Assembly: GCA_964514565.1 (NCBI GenBank)
Contig: CAZERA010000004.1
Span: 1-64,000 of the forward strand
Length of the DNA stretch: 64,000 bases
Reading direction: 5' to 3'
From: an uncultured Candidatus Peribacteria bacterium
GTDB lineage: Bacteria > Patescibacteriota > Gracilibacteria > RBG-16-42-10
Position numbers and translations under genes: made by a program. How positions within the stretch are numbered: position 1 is the first letter of the stretch; each line of letters begins with the position of its first letter. Below the pieces are notes generated by a model that was not told the DNA's origin, did no database searches, and saw nothing but the letters and a program-made list of their open reading frames with translations. Of this stretch, positions 29,401 through 38,223 are shown in pieces.

Positions 29401-31893
29401 CCCTATTTTTCTAATCAATCACCTGATAATAGAGGGGGAAGGAAATCACCTTTACCAAATACGATCAGTTTTCGTATGCATGGCGCCAGTGAATATGAGC
29501 TTGCTACTTATACAGACGAATCAATGGTTAGACAAAATAAAGTTTGGATTGAGAAAAAATACGGTAAAGAGTTTGCTTTATTGGACCATACTAATCAGCA
29601 GGAGCTATTAACTGAGCTTAAAAAAATGGCTTGGGACGAACACATCGCTCCTTATGAAGGCACTGGTATCGTCAAAGAACAATTTGCAGATTTATTGACC
29701 AGACGTATGTCCTTTCCTACTCAAGCAGGTTGGTGTCATAGTCAAACATATGATTACGTTTCTATTGAAGAAGATGAAAAAGATAATCAATATGCTCGGC
29801 CTATCCAGCGTTTCTGGGCTACAAAAGTAGCGCGGGAAGAAAGTAGTATATGGAATTTAAAAGATGTAAATGAGCAATGTGCTCAATTAGTAAGAATTGT
29901 ACCAGCAGCATCAGGTGTGCGTGATGTTTATGTCGAGAGAATTATGCACAGTTGGTTAGACCAACGACCTGATTCTACCAATGTTTTAAAAACTGGATCT
30001 CAGATTTTAGCTCTTTTTAGCCCTAATAGTATTGTTGCTAGTCCCCTAAGCCATGCTCTTTTAAATGCAAAATGGCAAAAAGAATCGCCTAAAACTAGTG
30101 GGTATAATCAAGCTTTAGGGCAGGTTTTAAGTTATTTTCCTAACCATAGTTTAGCAAGGAACTATTACTTGGATCGTTTAGAATCTGAGTGCTCTTTAAC
30201 TGCTGAGGAGCTCAAATCTCTCACTAAGCTCCGGATAACTCCTGAAGGACAAAAGGATATCAGTGAGAACTCTCCTTGGGTATTTATCTTTAGAATGGGA
30301 GGAGAACTTTCTCGAAAAGAAAGAATGCATATGTATTTATGGTTAAGTGGTTTAGAAAAAGATAAACCTTTAACTGTTAAGAATGCAGAAGAATCATTGT
30401 ATGGTCATGCTGATAGTTTTCCGAAAGCTTTTGCTTTACTAACACCGCCTGAACGAACTATTCTCATCAATCGATTAGCTTTGGGGGTGGACGGTATCTT
30501 TGATCGCGCTGCTGTCTTAGATAAAGATTTAGTAGCTCAAGAGCAAAAAGAATTCTTTGTAGCATTAGCTCGTGGCGCTCTTGCTGGTGCTAATCAACCA
30601 AAACTTGAGCAGCTTTTTGTGGATTTATTGAGTGATTTAGCTCCTGCAAATGGTGCTAGATTGTTGAGTAAACTAACAGATAAGATTGCTGAAGCTAAGA
30701 AAAATAGTCAGTCTTTAACACCTGCAAAGATTGCTGCATTGGTTTTAGCTGAATGTGGAGTAGTGGGTAAGAAGTCAGCTCAGACATTGGCAGAGCAAGA
30801 TTGGGTAGAAGAGAATTACCGTCAAGAACTGCGTACAGCGCAAAAAGATGCTGATCCGATTCCTAAGCGGGCGATGGCAGAGATGGCGGATAGTTACGGC
30901 CTTCTCAGTGATACCCATGGTATTCAAATCATCTCTTTTGATCAGTTGCTTGGTGCAGCTTCTAATAAACAAGCTGTTATTTTAACTGTAAATATTACCG
31001 ATAGAAAATTTGGCCTTCCACTGGGAATTAACCGAGTAGTTGGTAAATTTAAGCGGCCATCAGCTCAAAAAGAGGACAATATTCATCATGACCTGCATGT
31101 CCTTCATACATTGGTGGAATCAATGGCAAAACTAGGCAGTCCTGTCCCTCGCGGCTTTGAACAAGGTATTACGCAATCTGTGCTTCAGGAATTGCGTTTT
31201 GGTGAAGAAGTTGTTTTTGCTAATGAATTGCGAAAATATTTGCCAGTTACTGATGGACCTTATCAGATTGGCATTCCTAAGATTATATTTTCATGTGAAG
31301 ATATAGTGCTTGAGACATTAGCTGCCGGTATTAGCTATCGCGAGTTTCAAGATCAACAAAAAGAAGGACTATTAGCTGAAGCTTATAAAACGATAGATAA
31401 GAAGAAAATTGACCGATCAATTTTCAAACAAGCTTTGAAGCAATTGGCTATTACTGGAAAGATTCATGCTGACTTACATCCAGGTAACATTTTCATTGCC
31501 CCTAATACTGATATTACAATGATCGATTTAGGCATGAATTTAGACCTGGATGAAGCTCAACTTAGAGCTGTGCAAAAGCTGCTTTTTGCTTTAGCTACTG
31601 GTGCAAATAAGCAGATGGCTAGGGCTCTATTGGATTTGGGCTGGTCTGAGCCTTTGCCAGTCAAGCTGCAGCCTGGAACATTTAGTAAAAACATTAATCA
31701 GTTTCTTACCGCTAGCCAAGCTGCTGTCCAAGAAATGCCACCATTAATGGCAAGTCTTTTAAATGCTTTAGCAAAACTAAGTCCATTGGCACATTCATTA
31801 TCAATGCGAGATGTGGTTGAGTCGATAATGGAACTAACTCACAGTGAGTTGAGTGGTCAGGTTCGCAACAATTTACGAAAACTGTTTAATTAG
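26494..31893 (+). CDS. 1799-aa fusion: N-terminal M48 zinc peptidase plus C-terminal ABC1/AarF/UbiB atypical kinase
   Basis: AVLAHEKQH, ELRADAEG, HP...R (M48); KKSAQ, LGAAS.KQ, GKFKRP, ELRF.EE, IHADLHPGNI, IDLG (ABC1). Confidence 0.82.
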   Translation: MSAPLRRSVEWKQSMAQQADILQAVLSSITPEEKALKVARSRHDQQLASMGEIMPESHPVVSYVASLVSKLVYPAGVETLCVDTEQFLGYFHPNANRIVISRGLLRHLKLNIKEFSSDHIGAVLAHEKQHALAEEVTPVKNLDNGEAYLATHSPSEELRADAEGMEDMARAGFNPKAMREMLISFGLTGGRYDMAHPEILDRVHHLDNRFADDEHPVTRTAQPYQVIPAAVLKWCGELSSVYDETENLLASSAIALGHELQSADSLDRFNKVLKVKRHKEALAGLKYAAEDLKVAELWTDSVLGRAANNLVELFKEAKSSKDDHRVWIDSLVEKNIDKLLEHLKLTDIELPKPQEIDNIEARVDSHHIQVGLRALPFQSNESTIPLVADKQAVFDSGIALSTELYHNYLGQLLDKLSLAEDDPDLTALLIDGQPWGAYLKKLKEAFRIRAISDELLKAIYQGLDTAYVEDQRRKKDSTLAKSGRRASEKSKLTWDLNDPAVLAELKTAGKLSVANYYVSSPGEEQEIERKFQSLLVSELDCDPLTAEKLTAWRFGKMDMPGWQAYLKTLARDNLVRVIADVERFQNKNTTILKTSPLRELHVAFSISEGNNYGNGEIQPLSTNYQHHFRGGGVDNMGHGLDALSYQVAWEIYSRAYPADYFETFVSYKRPNELDITDDEWVTIGSFQHSPMFEEFRYHALQKFLKVGGDPKLMGQPAWQALVEHGGFPLSYDHEPQLVWAEIAAFIKISPWSAEETQEHLREFLSSSQVGGDLSSIKDKGSVSSFLKDMYRLSVDHPIATASPRNRTDISPLSIANKILDISVAIEREKDKTASLVTIIEDVVAQGVELSFKYLSKYLLQEIAQLSVNEKVRLHELAETISSVESPTLAQVMDIALLGPQITIDDFESMQESKVPVRFIDQCISSYGAQKLVALISTILPQAGLRDEYLVCIWETLPRVDDEKNLVWLLPYFSNQSPDNRGGRKSPLPNTISFRMHGASEYELATYTDESMVRQNKVWIEKKYGKEFALLDHTNQQELLTELKKMAWDEHIAPYEGTGIVKEQFADLLTRRMSFPTQAGWCHSQTYDYVSIEEDEKDNQYARPIQRFWATKVAREESSIWNLKDVNEQCAQLVRIVPAASGVRDVYVERIMHSWLDQRPDSTNVLKTGSQILALFSPNSIVASPLSHALLNAKWQKESPKTSGYNQALGQVLSYFPNHSLARNYYLDRLESECSLTAEELKSLTKLRITPEGQKDISENSPWVFIFRMGGELSRKERMHMYLWLSGLEKDKPLTVKNAEESLYGHADSFPKAFALLTPPERTILINRLALGVDGIFDRAAVLDKDLVAQEQKEFFVALARGALAGANQPKLEQLFVDLLSDLAPANGARLLSKLTDKIAEAKKNSQSLTPAKIAALVLAECGVVGKKSAQTLAEQDWVEENYRQELRTAQKDADPIPKRAMAEMADSYGLLSDTHGIQIISFDQLLGAASNKQAVILTVNITDRKFGLPLGINRVVGKFKRPSAQKEDNIHHDLHVLHTLVESMAKLGSPVPRGFEQGITQSVLQELRFGEEVVFANELRKYLPVTDGPYQIGIPKIIFSCEDIVLETLAAGISYREFQDQQKEGLLAEAYKTIDKKKIDRSIFKQALKQLAITGKIHADLHPGNIFIAPNTDITMIDLGMNLDLDEAQLRAVQKLLFALATGANKQMARALLDLGWSEPLPVKLQPGTFSKNINQFLTASQAAVQEMPPLMASLLNALAKLSPLAHSLSMRDVVESIMELTHSELSGQVRNNLRKLFN

Positions 31894-32317
31894 ATCGATA
31901 AGTAACTGCTGTGTGAGAGCTATCACGTAGAGTTAATTCTATGAGCTCTACTCGATGGTTAGTTTCTATGCTGAAAGCCGATGCCAACTTCTCAAAGATC
32001 CATTTTACCACTTGCTCTGAGCTAGTCACAAAAGGGACAAAAATTATTTTGATTTGATCTTGGATGAGCCGCAATGTAGGAGCAATTGGGTCATTCTCAC
32101 TGATGATGCAGCTCCTATCCAATTTATCGATAATCGTTTCTCTAGCAATCTTTTCAACAGCTTTGTAGTCCATCACTAACCCATCATCGGGACTAGTGGG
32201 GTCATTGAGTATATCCCCTTCCAATACAATTTCTAGTTCATAACTGTGGCCATGTAGCTCGCGATGATTAGTGAGTTTATGGGCCATGCAGAAACTAATA
32301 CTTTTTTTAACTTGCAT
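31886..32317 (-). CDS. QueD/PTPS-like T-fold protein, divergent
   Basis: F.MAH.L, LHGHSY, GLVMDY; the usual Cys before LHGH is absent. Confidence 0.75.
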   Translation of the reverse strand: MQVKKSISFCMAHKLTNHRELHGHSYELEIVLEGDILNDPTSPDDGLVMDYKAVEKIARETIIDKLDRSCIISENDPIAPTLRLIQDQIKIIFVPFVTSSEQVVKWIFEKLASAFSIETNHRVELIELTLRDSSHTAVTYRSN

Positions 32318-32327
32318 GAGAGTTTGG

Positions 32328-33998
32328 TTAATACATCAATTCGCTATAACACTTCTCGCAGTACACAGGTCTGGTATTGGTGCTAGGTACACTAGTGAGC
32401 ATTTCATTATGACATTTGTCACATTGACTACTATGTATGGCACGAGGATTCTTGAGACGCATTCGGACATGGCGTCTTTCATCACTATGTCTCTGAGGTA
32501 GAGGGATGTTGTAAGTACGATAAAAAGCTAATTCTTGTTTGGTTAGTCTAAACAATCTCCCTGAATCCTTGCAGCTAATGGCATTGTCCAAGACGCTGTC
32601 ATCTACTGTTTGAATATTGTCTGCTAATGCCGTGCCTTCCAATACTGATTTTACTTGTGGTAGCGGCGCTTGGTAATCAGACCAAAGGTAGTTTTTTGCT
32701 AAGGCTTGATCTTTGCTCAATGGAAAGTACTCCTGGGCTGCTGTTTCGTTGTAGCCAAATGGTGAGATCTGAGCTGGTAAGAATTCGCCCCACTCTCCGG
32801 TTGCAGTCATAGTGGTTAATATTTGGGCGAGCAGTGCCTCGTATTGCTCCTTGGTATATTGTTTGTTGAAGATGCAGTATTGCTTGTGTCTGAGTCCTAC
32901 ACATCCAAAACAGTCTTTACAGTCTCGGCATGAGATTGAGTAAAATAAATTGTAGGAAGTATAAATATCAAACGAGAAGTAAATATTTTGGGAATTGAGG
33001 GCACAGAGCACTTCACAGCAGTTGCTGAGCTCGACGCAGCCATAGGAGTCGTATACGTCGTGATTCTTGATATGGTCGATGCCATAGCTACAGTCTTCTG
33101 ACTCAACCATGTGGTAACAATCAAAACAATTCTTACTATTACGATTCACATCCCCTGTTACGTTTTCCACATTGACTAGGTTGAGATTACGAATCGGAAA
33201 TGGTTGGAGGAATTGTTGAAATTCTTGCCAACATTTTTCTACTTGGGCACGACTGCCCAGATCCCAGGCTTTAATTTTTTCTAGATACTCTTCCCGAGTG
33301 TATTGCTGATTAAAAAGACAATATTCTTTGTGACTCAAATTCACACAAAACATACAGTGGTTGAGGTCTTTGCAATTGAAAAGGAAAGCACTATCGCTGC
33401 AGTTGTCAGAATTTTGACAGTATTTACTCCGGAAACATTTATTACAGTCCACCATTTCGTAACAAAGCTCAGCATCAAAAAGCCAAAATGTATCTACACA
33501 ATCTTTGAGATTTACAAAGGCGTAGTTGTAGAGACTGTCTTGGCCATAATCTCCCCAGAAACATAGGTAACAACTTTTGCATTGGAAACTATAATTACAA
33601 TATTCGCCATTTTCATTCTCACCAAAGTTTACCAATGATTGTTTGGGCACTTGTTTCAAAAAACTAGCCATTTGAGGAAATATTGCTTGAGTAGGGTCTA
33701 TATCTATTCCCCACTGGAGGAGGTCTAATTTGTCATAGTATCCTAGTTCATACACTTTGTATGGTTTGTCTGGTGAAAAGATTGAGATAATATCTTTACC
33801 CGTGAAGTCACTTTTCCTTTGATACAAAGCTGTTTCATTGCGCCATGTTAATCGTCTCACTAGTCGACACTCTGGACAGTGACTTGGTGCTGGTAGCTCA
33901 TAGGTTTGTCCTGCTATTGATGGCGATACTTTGTGATAAAAAGCTCTATCGCGATCATGAATTGGAAAATCTTTTCCACACTGTTTGCATTGAGACAT
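32328..33998 (-). CDS. Large Cys-rich protein of a family common in CPR bacteria
   Basis: CxxC zinc-ribbon termini, CPECR..RR..WRNE..LY.R, many CxxC repeats, EWGEF, SPFGYNET.AQ; start placed at MSQCKQC (ORF track starts 34067). Confidence 0.8.
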   Translation of the reverse strand: MSQCKQCGKDFPIHDRDRAFYHKVSPSIAGQTYELPAPSHCPECRLVRRLTWRNETALYQRKSDFTGKDIISIFSPDKPYKVYELGYYDKLDLLQWGIDIDPTQAIFPQMASFLKQVPKQSLVNFGENENGEYCNYSFQCKSCYLCFWGDYGQDSLYNYAFVNLKDCVDTFWLFDAELCYEMVDCNKCFRSKYCQNSDNCSDSAFLFNCKDLNHCMFCVNLSHKEYCLFNQQYTREEYLEKIKAWDLGSRAQVEKCWQEFQQFLQPFPIRNLNLVNVENVTGDVNRNSKNCFDCYHMVESEDCSYGIDHIKNHDVYDSYGCVELSNCCEVLCALNSQNIYFSFDIYTSYNLFYSISCRDCKDCFGCVGLRHKQYCIFNKQYTKEQYEALLAQILTTMTATGEWGEFLPAQISPFGYNETAAQEYFPLSKDQALAKNYLWSDYQAPLPQVKSVLEGTALADNIQTVDDSVLDNAISCKDSGRLFRLTKQELAFYRTYNIPLPQRHSDERRHVRMRLKNPRAIHSSQCDKCHNEMLTSVPSTNTRPVYCEKCYSELMY

Positions 33999-34118
33999 GG
34001 TGAGATCGAGTAATCTTAAGCAGACTATACTGAAAATAATTAACAATTTACAGGTGACAATTAACAATTGTGGGAGGGGGTGTTCTTGGTTTACAATCTG
34101 ATTGTTGTAATTGTACGA

Positions 34119-34898
34119 ATGGCTAAGGAAAAGATAGATATTTTGGCACTTTTGAAAGTGGCTGGTTTGGATCGGCGAGAGAGTGCTTTTTATGCTGCTG
34201 CTTTGGCTTTGGGCAAAGGACTTGTGAGTAAGATAGCTCAGGATGCTGATCTTAATCGTAGTGCAGCTTATGAAGTGATGGAGTCACTCAAAGAGAAAGG
34301 CTTGATTAGTACCATTAAGTCATCACGTGGTTTGATGGTGATTCCTAGTGATCCAGAGCATTTATTGCGTAATCAAAAGGAACGTTATGATCTACTGGCT
34401 GGCAACATTGAGGAGTTGAAGTATTTATTTACAGTAGCTAAGCATGAGCCTGGCGTCCGCATGTATGAGGGCAAAGAAGGTTTGAAAGAAGTACTTCAGA
34501 TGATTTTGTCTTTGGGTGAGGATGTTTGTATTTATGGAGATGGCGATGCATTTAAACAAGCGGTACCTGGTTGGACTGATCATTATGCTGAAGAGCGTGC
34601 CAAATTTGGTATCCGTTCGCGTTTACTACTCAAAGCCAGTCCTGATGTTTTTAAATCTATTCAGGCATTGGCTACTAAGAAAAGCGCAAAAGAGCACTTT
34701 AGTAGTATACGGTTTTTGCCAGCTGCTTTAGGGATTGTTGGCGGATTTGATGTGGTGGGAGAAAAGGTGATTCTTTACTCATTTGAGGAAACTACTATAG
34801 CGGTGGTGCTAGAGAGCAAGATCATTGGTGCTATGATGCGAGCAATATTTGAGATGTTGTGGAATCTTGCCGAACCTTATCAGAAGAATTTAGGTTAA
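34119..34898 (+). CDS. TrmB-family transcriptional regulator
   Basis: GL..RE...Y.A.L.LG, HTH IAQDADLNRSAAYEVMESL..KGL, P.VR.YEG.EG, FE.LW. Confidence 0.85.
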   Translation: MAKEKIDILALLKVAGLDRRESAFYAAALALGKGLVSKIAQDADLNRSAAYEVMESLKEKGLISTIKSSRGLMVIPSDPEHLLRNQKERYDLLAGNIEELKYLFTVAKHEPGVRMYEGKEGLKEVLQMILSLGEDVCIYGDGDAFKQAVPGWTDHYAEERAKFGIRSRLLLKASPDVFKSIQALATKKSAKEHFSSIRFLPAALGIVGGFDVVGEKVILYSFEETTIAVVLESKIIGAMMRAIFEMLWNLAEPYQKNLG

Positions 34899-35029
34899 AA
34901 TTGATCCTTCTAGTCTTTGTATAACTATTTGTGGTGTTTTTGTTGTGTGCTGATAATTGTTGTCTTTTTATTGCAACAGTTATTTGTTTTGTATTCTGCG
35001 TATTTCATATTTATTGTTGTGTGTTTTTT

Positions 35030-35081
35030 ATTGTTAACAATTCTAATATCGGGAATGAATTATCATCACATTGTTAACAAT
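35030..35081. promoter_or_regulatory. Two perfect 12-bp palindromes ATTGTTAACAAT (candidate operators)
   Basis: At 35030-35041 and 35070-35081, 40 bp apart, the second ending 4 nt before ATG35086. Confidence 0.55.
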
Positions 35082-35085
35082 ATTT

Positions 35086-35339
35086 ATGCACCTATTTCAG
35101 GTTTTAGTTACGCTCGTCGGTATGTTGATGTCGTTCGGCTACTACCACAGGCATATAAAATCTACATTTTGCGAGATGCTAGCAGTGTGTCTCGAATAGC
35201 CATGCTGATTTTTGCTTCAGGTTCTACACTGTGGACTCTTTATGGATTCCTTCTTTTTGATTGGGTGATCATCTTGAGTTTTGTATTCGGGATGATTGGG
35301 GCTTGGTTAATATTTATCTTAACTTTTATTTATGAATAA
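35086..35339 (+). pseudogene. SemiSWEET/PQ-loop transporter with a 1-nt frameshift at about 35145 (pseudogene or sequence error)
   Basis: MHLFQVLVTLVGMLMSFGYY in one frame joins PQAYKI...VS...W.LYG in the -1 frame; restoring one C gives an 84-aa 3-TM protein. Confidence 0.75.
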
Positions 35340-35934
35340 CAATGCTCAACGAACTCTTCATGCTGCTGCTAATTTCTTATTTGAAGTCGGTATGCTAGCC
35401 CAAACTCCTCGGAGCGCTTTTTATTTCTTGGGCACAGGGAAGCAATCCGTAGCTGAGCATCTCAATCGGACAGCATATGTGGGGATGGTGTTGTCTGAGC
35501 TAGATGGTACTACTGATACAGCTAGGGTGATGCAGATGTGTTTGTTCCACGATATCGCTGAGGCTCGTACTAGTGATTTGAACTATGTTCATCAACAATA
35601 CGTGCAAGCTGATGAAAAGAAAGCCCTTGCAGGACTTATTGCCAAGACCCCTTTTGGTAAGAGGATTGAAATTGCCCTGCTGGAATACCATGATCGTCAA
35701 ACACCTGAAGCGATCTTGGCCAAAGATGCTGACAATTTGGAGTGGATACTTTCTCTCAAGGAGTTATTAGATTTAGGAAACCCAAGAGCTGAGGCGATGC
35801 TGCTCAACGCTCAGAAACGTCTGAAGTCACTTGTGGCGCAACAATTAGCGCACATGATCGTTTCAACTCCATCAGATGCGTGGTATCTAGAAGACCAAAG
35901 TGATCAATGGTGGATAAACAGAAAGAGAAGCTGA
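35332..35934 (+). CDS. HD-domain phosphohydrolase (YfbR/HDDC2-like)
   Basis: QSVAEH, LFHDIAEARTSD, AKDADNLE. Confidence 0.88.
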   Translation: MNNNAQRTLHAAANFLFEVGMLAQTPRSAFYFLGTGKQSVAEHLNRTAYVGMVLSELDGTTDTARVMQMCLFHDIAEARTSDLNYVHQQYVQADEKKALAGLIAKTPFGKRIEIALLEYHDRQTPEAILAKDADNLEWILSLKELLDLGNPRAEAMLLNAQKRLKSLVAQQLAHMIVSTPSDAWYLEDQSDQWWINRKRS

Positions 35935-35935
35935 T

Positions 35936-36685
35936 TTATCGTGCTTTATTAGCATTGATTGGTTTTTCTTTGATTGGCCATTGATATAACCATGGTCTTG
36001 CGATTTGCTCATAAGCGCGATGAGCTCTGCTAATTCTGTCATACCGTTTAGTACTTTTGAGATACTTATGCACTACTGAGGGGTATTGATGTACTTTGAA
36101 ATCAGGATCATGAGCATCTGGAAGAAAGAAGTGAGTTAGTTCTTCATCTATCAAGGTAGTATGGCCAGCTGCATGAGCGGCTGCTGCAATTTTATCCACG
36201 CAATCATGGGCATGATAACCTGCTACCACAACTTCATCATAGCCACTTAAATTTTCGACTATAGTTTGAGCATTGGGGTAAGGATATGTGTCATCTGCTC
36301 TTTTGCTTGTATGCTGTTTAAATGTTAAATCTACTTCTATTATCTTATCCTCAGCGTCACGTATTATTAGCGGTGAAAACTGATGTTGAGCAAATATCAC
36401 CCAATGTACCTTGTAGCCATCACTACGATAGCGTTCATCAATGGCTCGGTTCATTTTGCCATAGAAAAGTTGTTGTAATATCTGGCGAGTGAAGGCTTTA
36501 TGCTCTCGTCTTCTTGCCTTGATGTAATCTGTATTTGCTTCGGTCTGTTTTGCCAATTCAGATAAGGTGATTTTGTCTCTTTTCATTAAATATGCTGTCA
36601 CTCTTTTTGTCACTAAATAGCCAGCACTTTCAATGCTGTGATCAATATATTCAGGAATTGGATAGGCAAAGACAAATGCTTTCAC
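35936..36685 (-). CDS. Hypothetical protein, possibly cysteine hydrolase (isochorismatase)-like
   Basis: EVVVAGYHAHDCVD followed by helix then TTLIDE resembles the G...xCV active-site segment. Confidence 0.45.
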   Translation of the reverse strand: MKAFVFAYPIPEYIDHSIESAGYLVTKRVTAYLMKRDKITLSELAKQTEANTDYIKARRREHKAFTRQILQQLFYGKMNRAIDERYRSDGYKVHWVIFAQHQFSPLIIRDAEDKIIEVDLTFKQHTSKRADDTYPYPNAQTIVENLSGYDEVVVAGYHAHDCVDKIAAAAHAAGHTTLIDEELTHFFLPDAHDPDFKVHQYPSVVHKYLKSTKRYDRISRAHRAYEQIARPWLYQWPIKEKPINANKAR

Positions 36686-36769
36686 AATAATCGTTTTGAA
36701 TAATCAAAAGATGAGATTTTAGCTTATTTGATTAGTGAAAACAATATGTTTTGGAAGCAATGAACTTAT

Positions 36770-37351
36770 TTAAACCGTGTCCCCTCTTTCTAGGTCAGTT
36801 ACATCCGCTTCATTTTCTTCGAGCTTAACCTCTAATTCGTAATCACCATTTTCTTGAAGAAACTGAAATTCTTTTTCACTAATAGGTAGTATCCATAGCC
36901 AGTTGACGCGTTTGTCGTCAAATTGAGTATCAAGCAAGTTTTCCCACATAGCTGGTGCAGAAAAATAAAGGTGAGGTACGGTAGTATTTGGTTCGAATTC
37001 TTTGACGAAGTTTGGCAATACGAAGCCAGGATGTAGCAGTGCATTTGTTCTCATCAGATAGAAAGATGCTGCTGCAATTAAATCTTGAAAAGTATCATGA
37101 TCTTTGGTTTGCCCAAAAGCGACTAGCTCTACTCTAGTAGCAAAATCTTTACCATCTTGGAGCATCATCGTATCTGACAATCCAACCGTACCAAAAGAAG
37201 TAAGCTCAGCGTCAGGGCTATCTTCAGTTTCTAATATATTTATTTCTAGATCCTCAGCATGATGTTTCATGCTAAATATTTTTGCTTCACCATCAAAAGC
37301 TGTTTTTAAAATTTCAGCAATCTGCTTGTTCGATTCAGAAGGTAGGTTCAT
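36770..37351 (-). CDS. Suppressor-of-fused (SUFU) domain protein
   Basis: TVGLSD, RVELV, PG, V.WL..LPISEKE.QF...G...LE..L, D..R. Confidence 0.8.
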   Translation of the reverse strand: MNLPSESNKQIAEILKTAFDGEAKIFSMKHHAEDLEINILETEDSPDAELTSFGTVGLSDTMMLQDGKDFATRVELVAFGQTKDHDTFQDLIAAASFYLMRTNALLHPGFVLPNFVKEFEPNTTVPHLYFSAPAMWENLLDTQFDDKRVNWLWILPISEKEFQFLQENGDYELEVKLEENEADVTDLERGDTV

Positions 37352-37401
37352 AGGAAAAAGTTTTTAAGATCGTAATGAAAGATAGGCTATTTGTATAGCA
37401 T

Positions 37402-38217
37402 TTATGCTGTATTGAGAATTACTGTCAGCTTTAATTTCACTAATTCATTGAATATAATTTTTACTCCTTCAGGATTCTTATACCAATTTGCGCGGCTATA
37501 TTGATCTCCAGTAGAGCTATTCACTCTGTATAGTTTTACTTCTTCAAGGGTATGCTTTTTGAATACGCACCACCCTCGTCTTTGTGAATAAGGAGAATTA
37601 ATGAGAACAAAGCTTTTTACTGTGTGCCCCATGCTAGCTAATTGTTTTAAGGAAGTGCCAACATTATCAGGAATAGTAACTGATTTGGGTTCGATAATAA
37701 TATCCTCTGCTCTGACGCCATGATTAATAGCAATCTCTTGATACTGTTCTGCTTCAGAGATATGGCTTTGTGCATAAAATGGATTGCCTCCACTCAACAT
37801 CATTTTTGGTGCTAAACCTTTTTTATAAAGTTCAATTGCCGTCTCTATTCTAGCGGGAGTCTTGGCACCGAAAACAAAAATTAATTCAGATGGTTGGGGA
37901 ATATCTTCTTCTGATAAGTAGTCATAGATCGCATTGTATAGATCTATTTCTGGTGGTGATGATAGGATTCTTTCTAACAAATCATTGGCAATAGTATTGA
38001 TTACTTCAAGCAAGTTTTCTTTCTCTACATCAGCTAATGTAAGATCACGGTCAAAATAGTGTTCAGGTAAATGAAAATGTTTAAGAAGCGCCTTTGCAAA
38101 TGAAAAATCTGCATAGTGAAGTCTTTCTTTAGCTTTAGGTATATCTCTTACTGTTTCAACTGCCATTATTTTCTTTAGTTCAGCAATACTGGGCAGCGCG
38201 GTAAAATGAGTACGCAT
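37402..38217 (-). CDS. YdcF/ElyC/DUF218 family protein
   Basis: IFVFG, R...A.ELY..G.A...LSGG, SEA, GV..EDIIIE..S.T..N. Confidence 0.82.
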   Translation of the reverse strand: MRTHFTALPSIAELKKIMAVETVRDIPKAKERLHYADFSFAKALLKHFHLPEHYFDRDLTLADVEKENLLEVINTIANDLLERILSSPPEIDLYNAIYDYLSEEDIPQPSELIFVFGAKTPARIETAIELYKKGLAPKMMLSGGNPFYAQSHISEAEQYQEIAINHGVRAEDIIIEPKSVTIPDNVGTSLKQLASMGHTVKSFVLINSPYSQRRGWCVFKKHTLEEVKLYRVNSSTGDQYSRANWYKNPEGVKIIFNELVKLKLTVILNTA

Positions 38218-38223
38218 ATCTAG

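Noticed and set aside
32328..33998. Cys-rich gene as a diversity-generating retroelement target
   Set aside because: No reverse transcriptase and no template/variable repeat pair differing at adenines was seen in the window
34037..34070. AATTAACAATT direct repeats as TrmB operators
   Set aside because: Better explained as a copy of heptamer repeat family A (16-nt exact match to 4195-4210)
34917..35085. N-terminal part of the 140-aa ORF in the track
   Set aside because: T-rich intergenic/regulatory DNA; the SemiSWEET-like N-terminus lies in another frame starting at 35086
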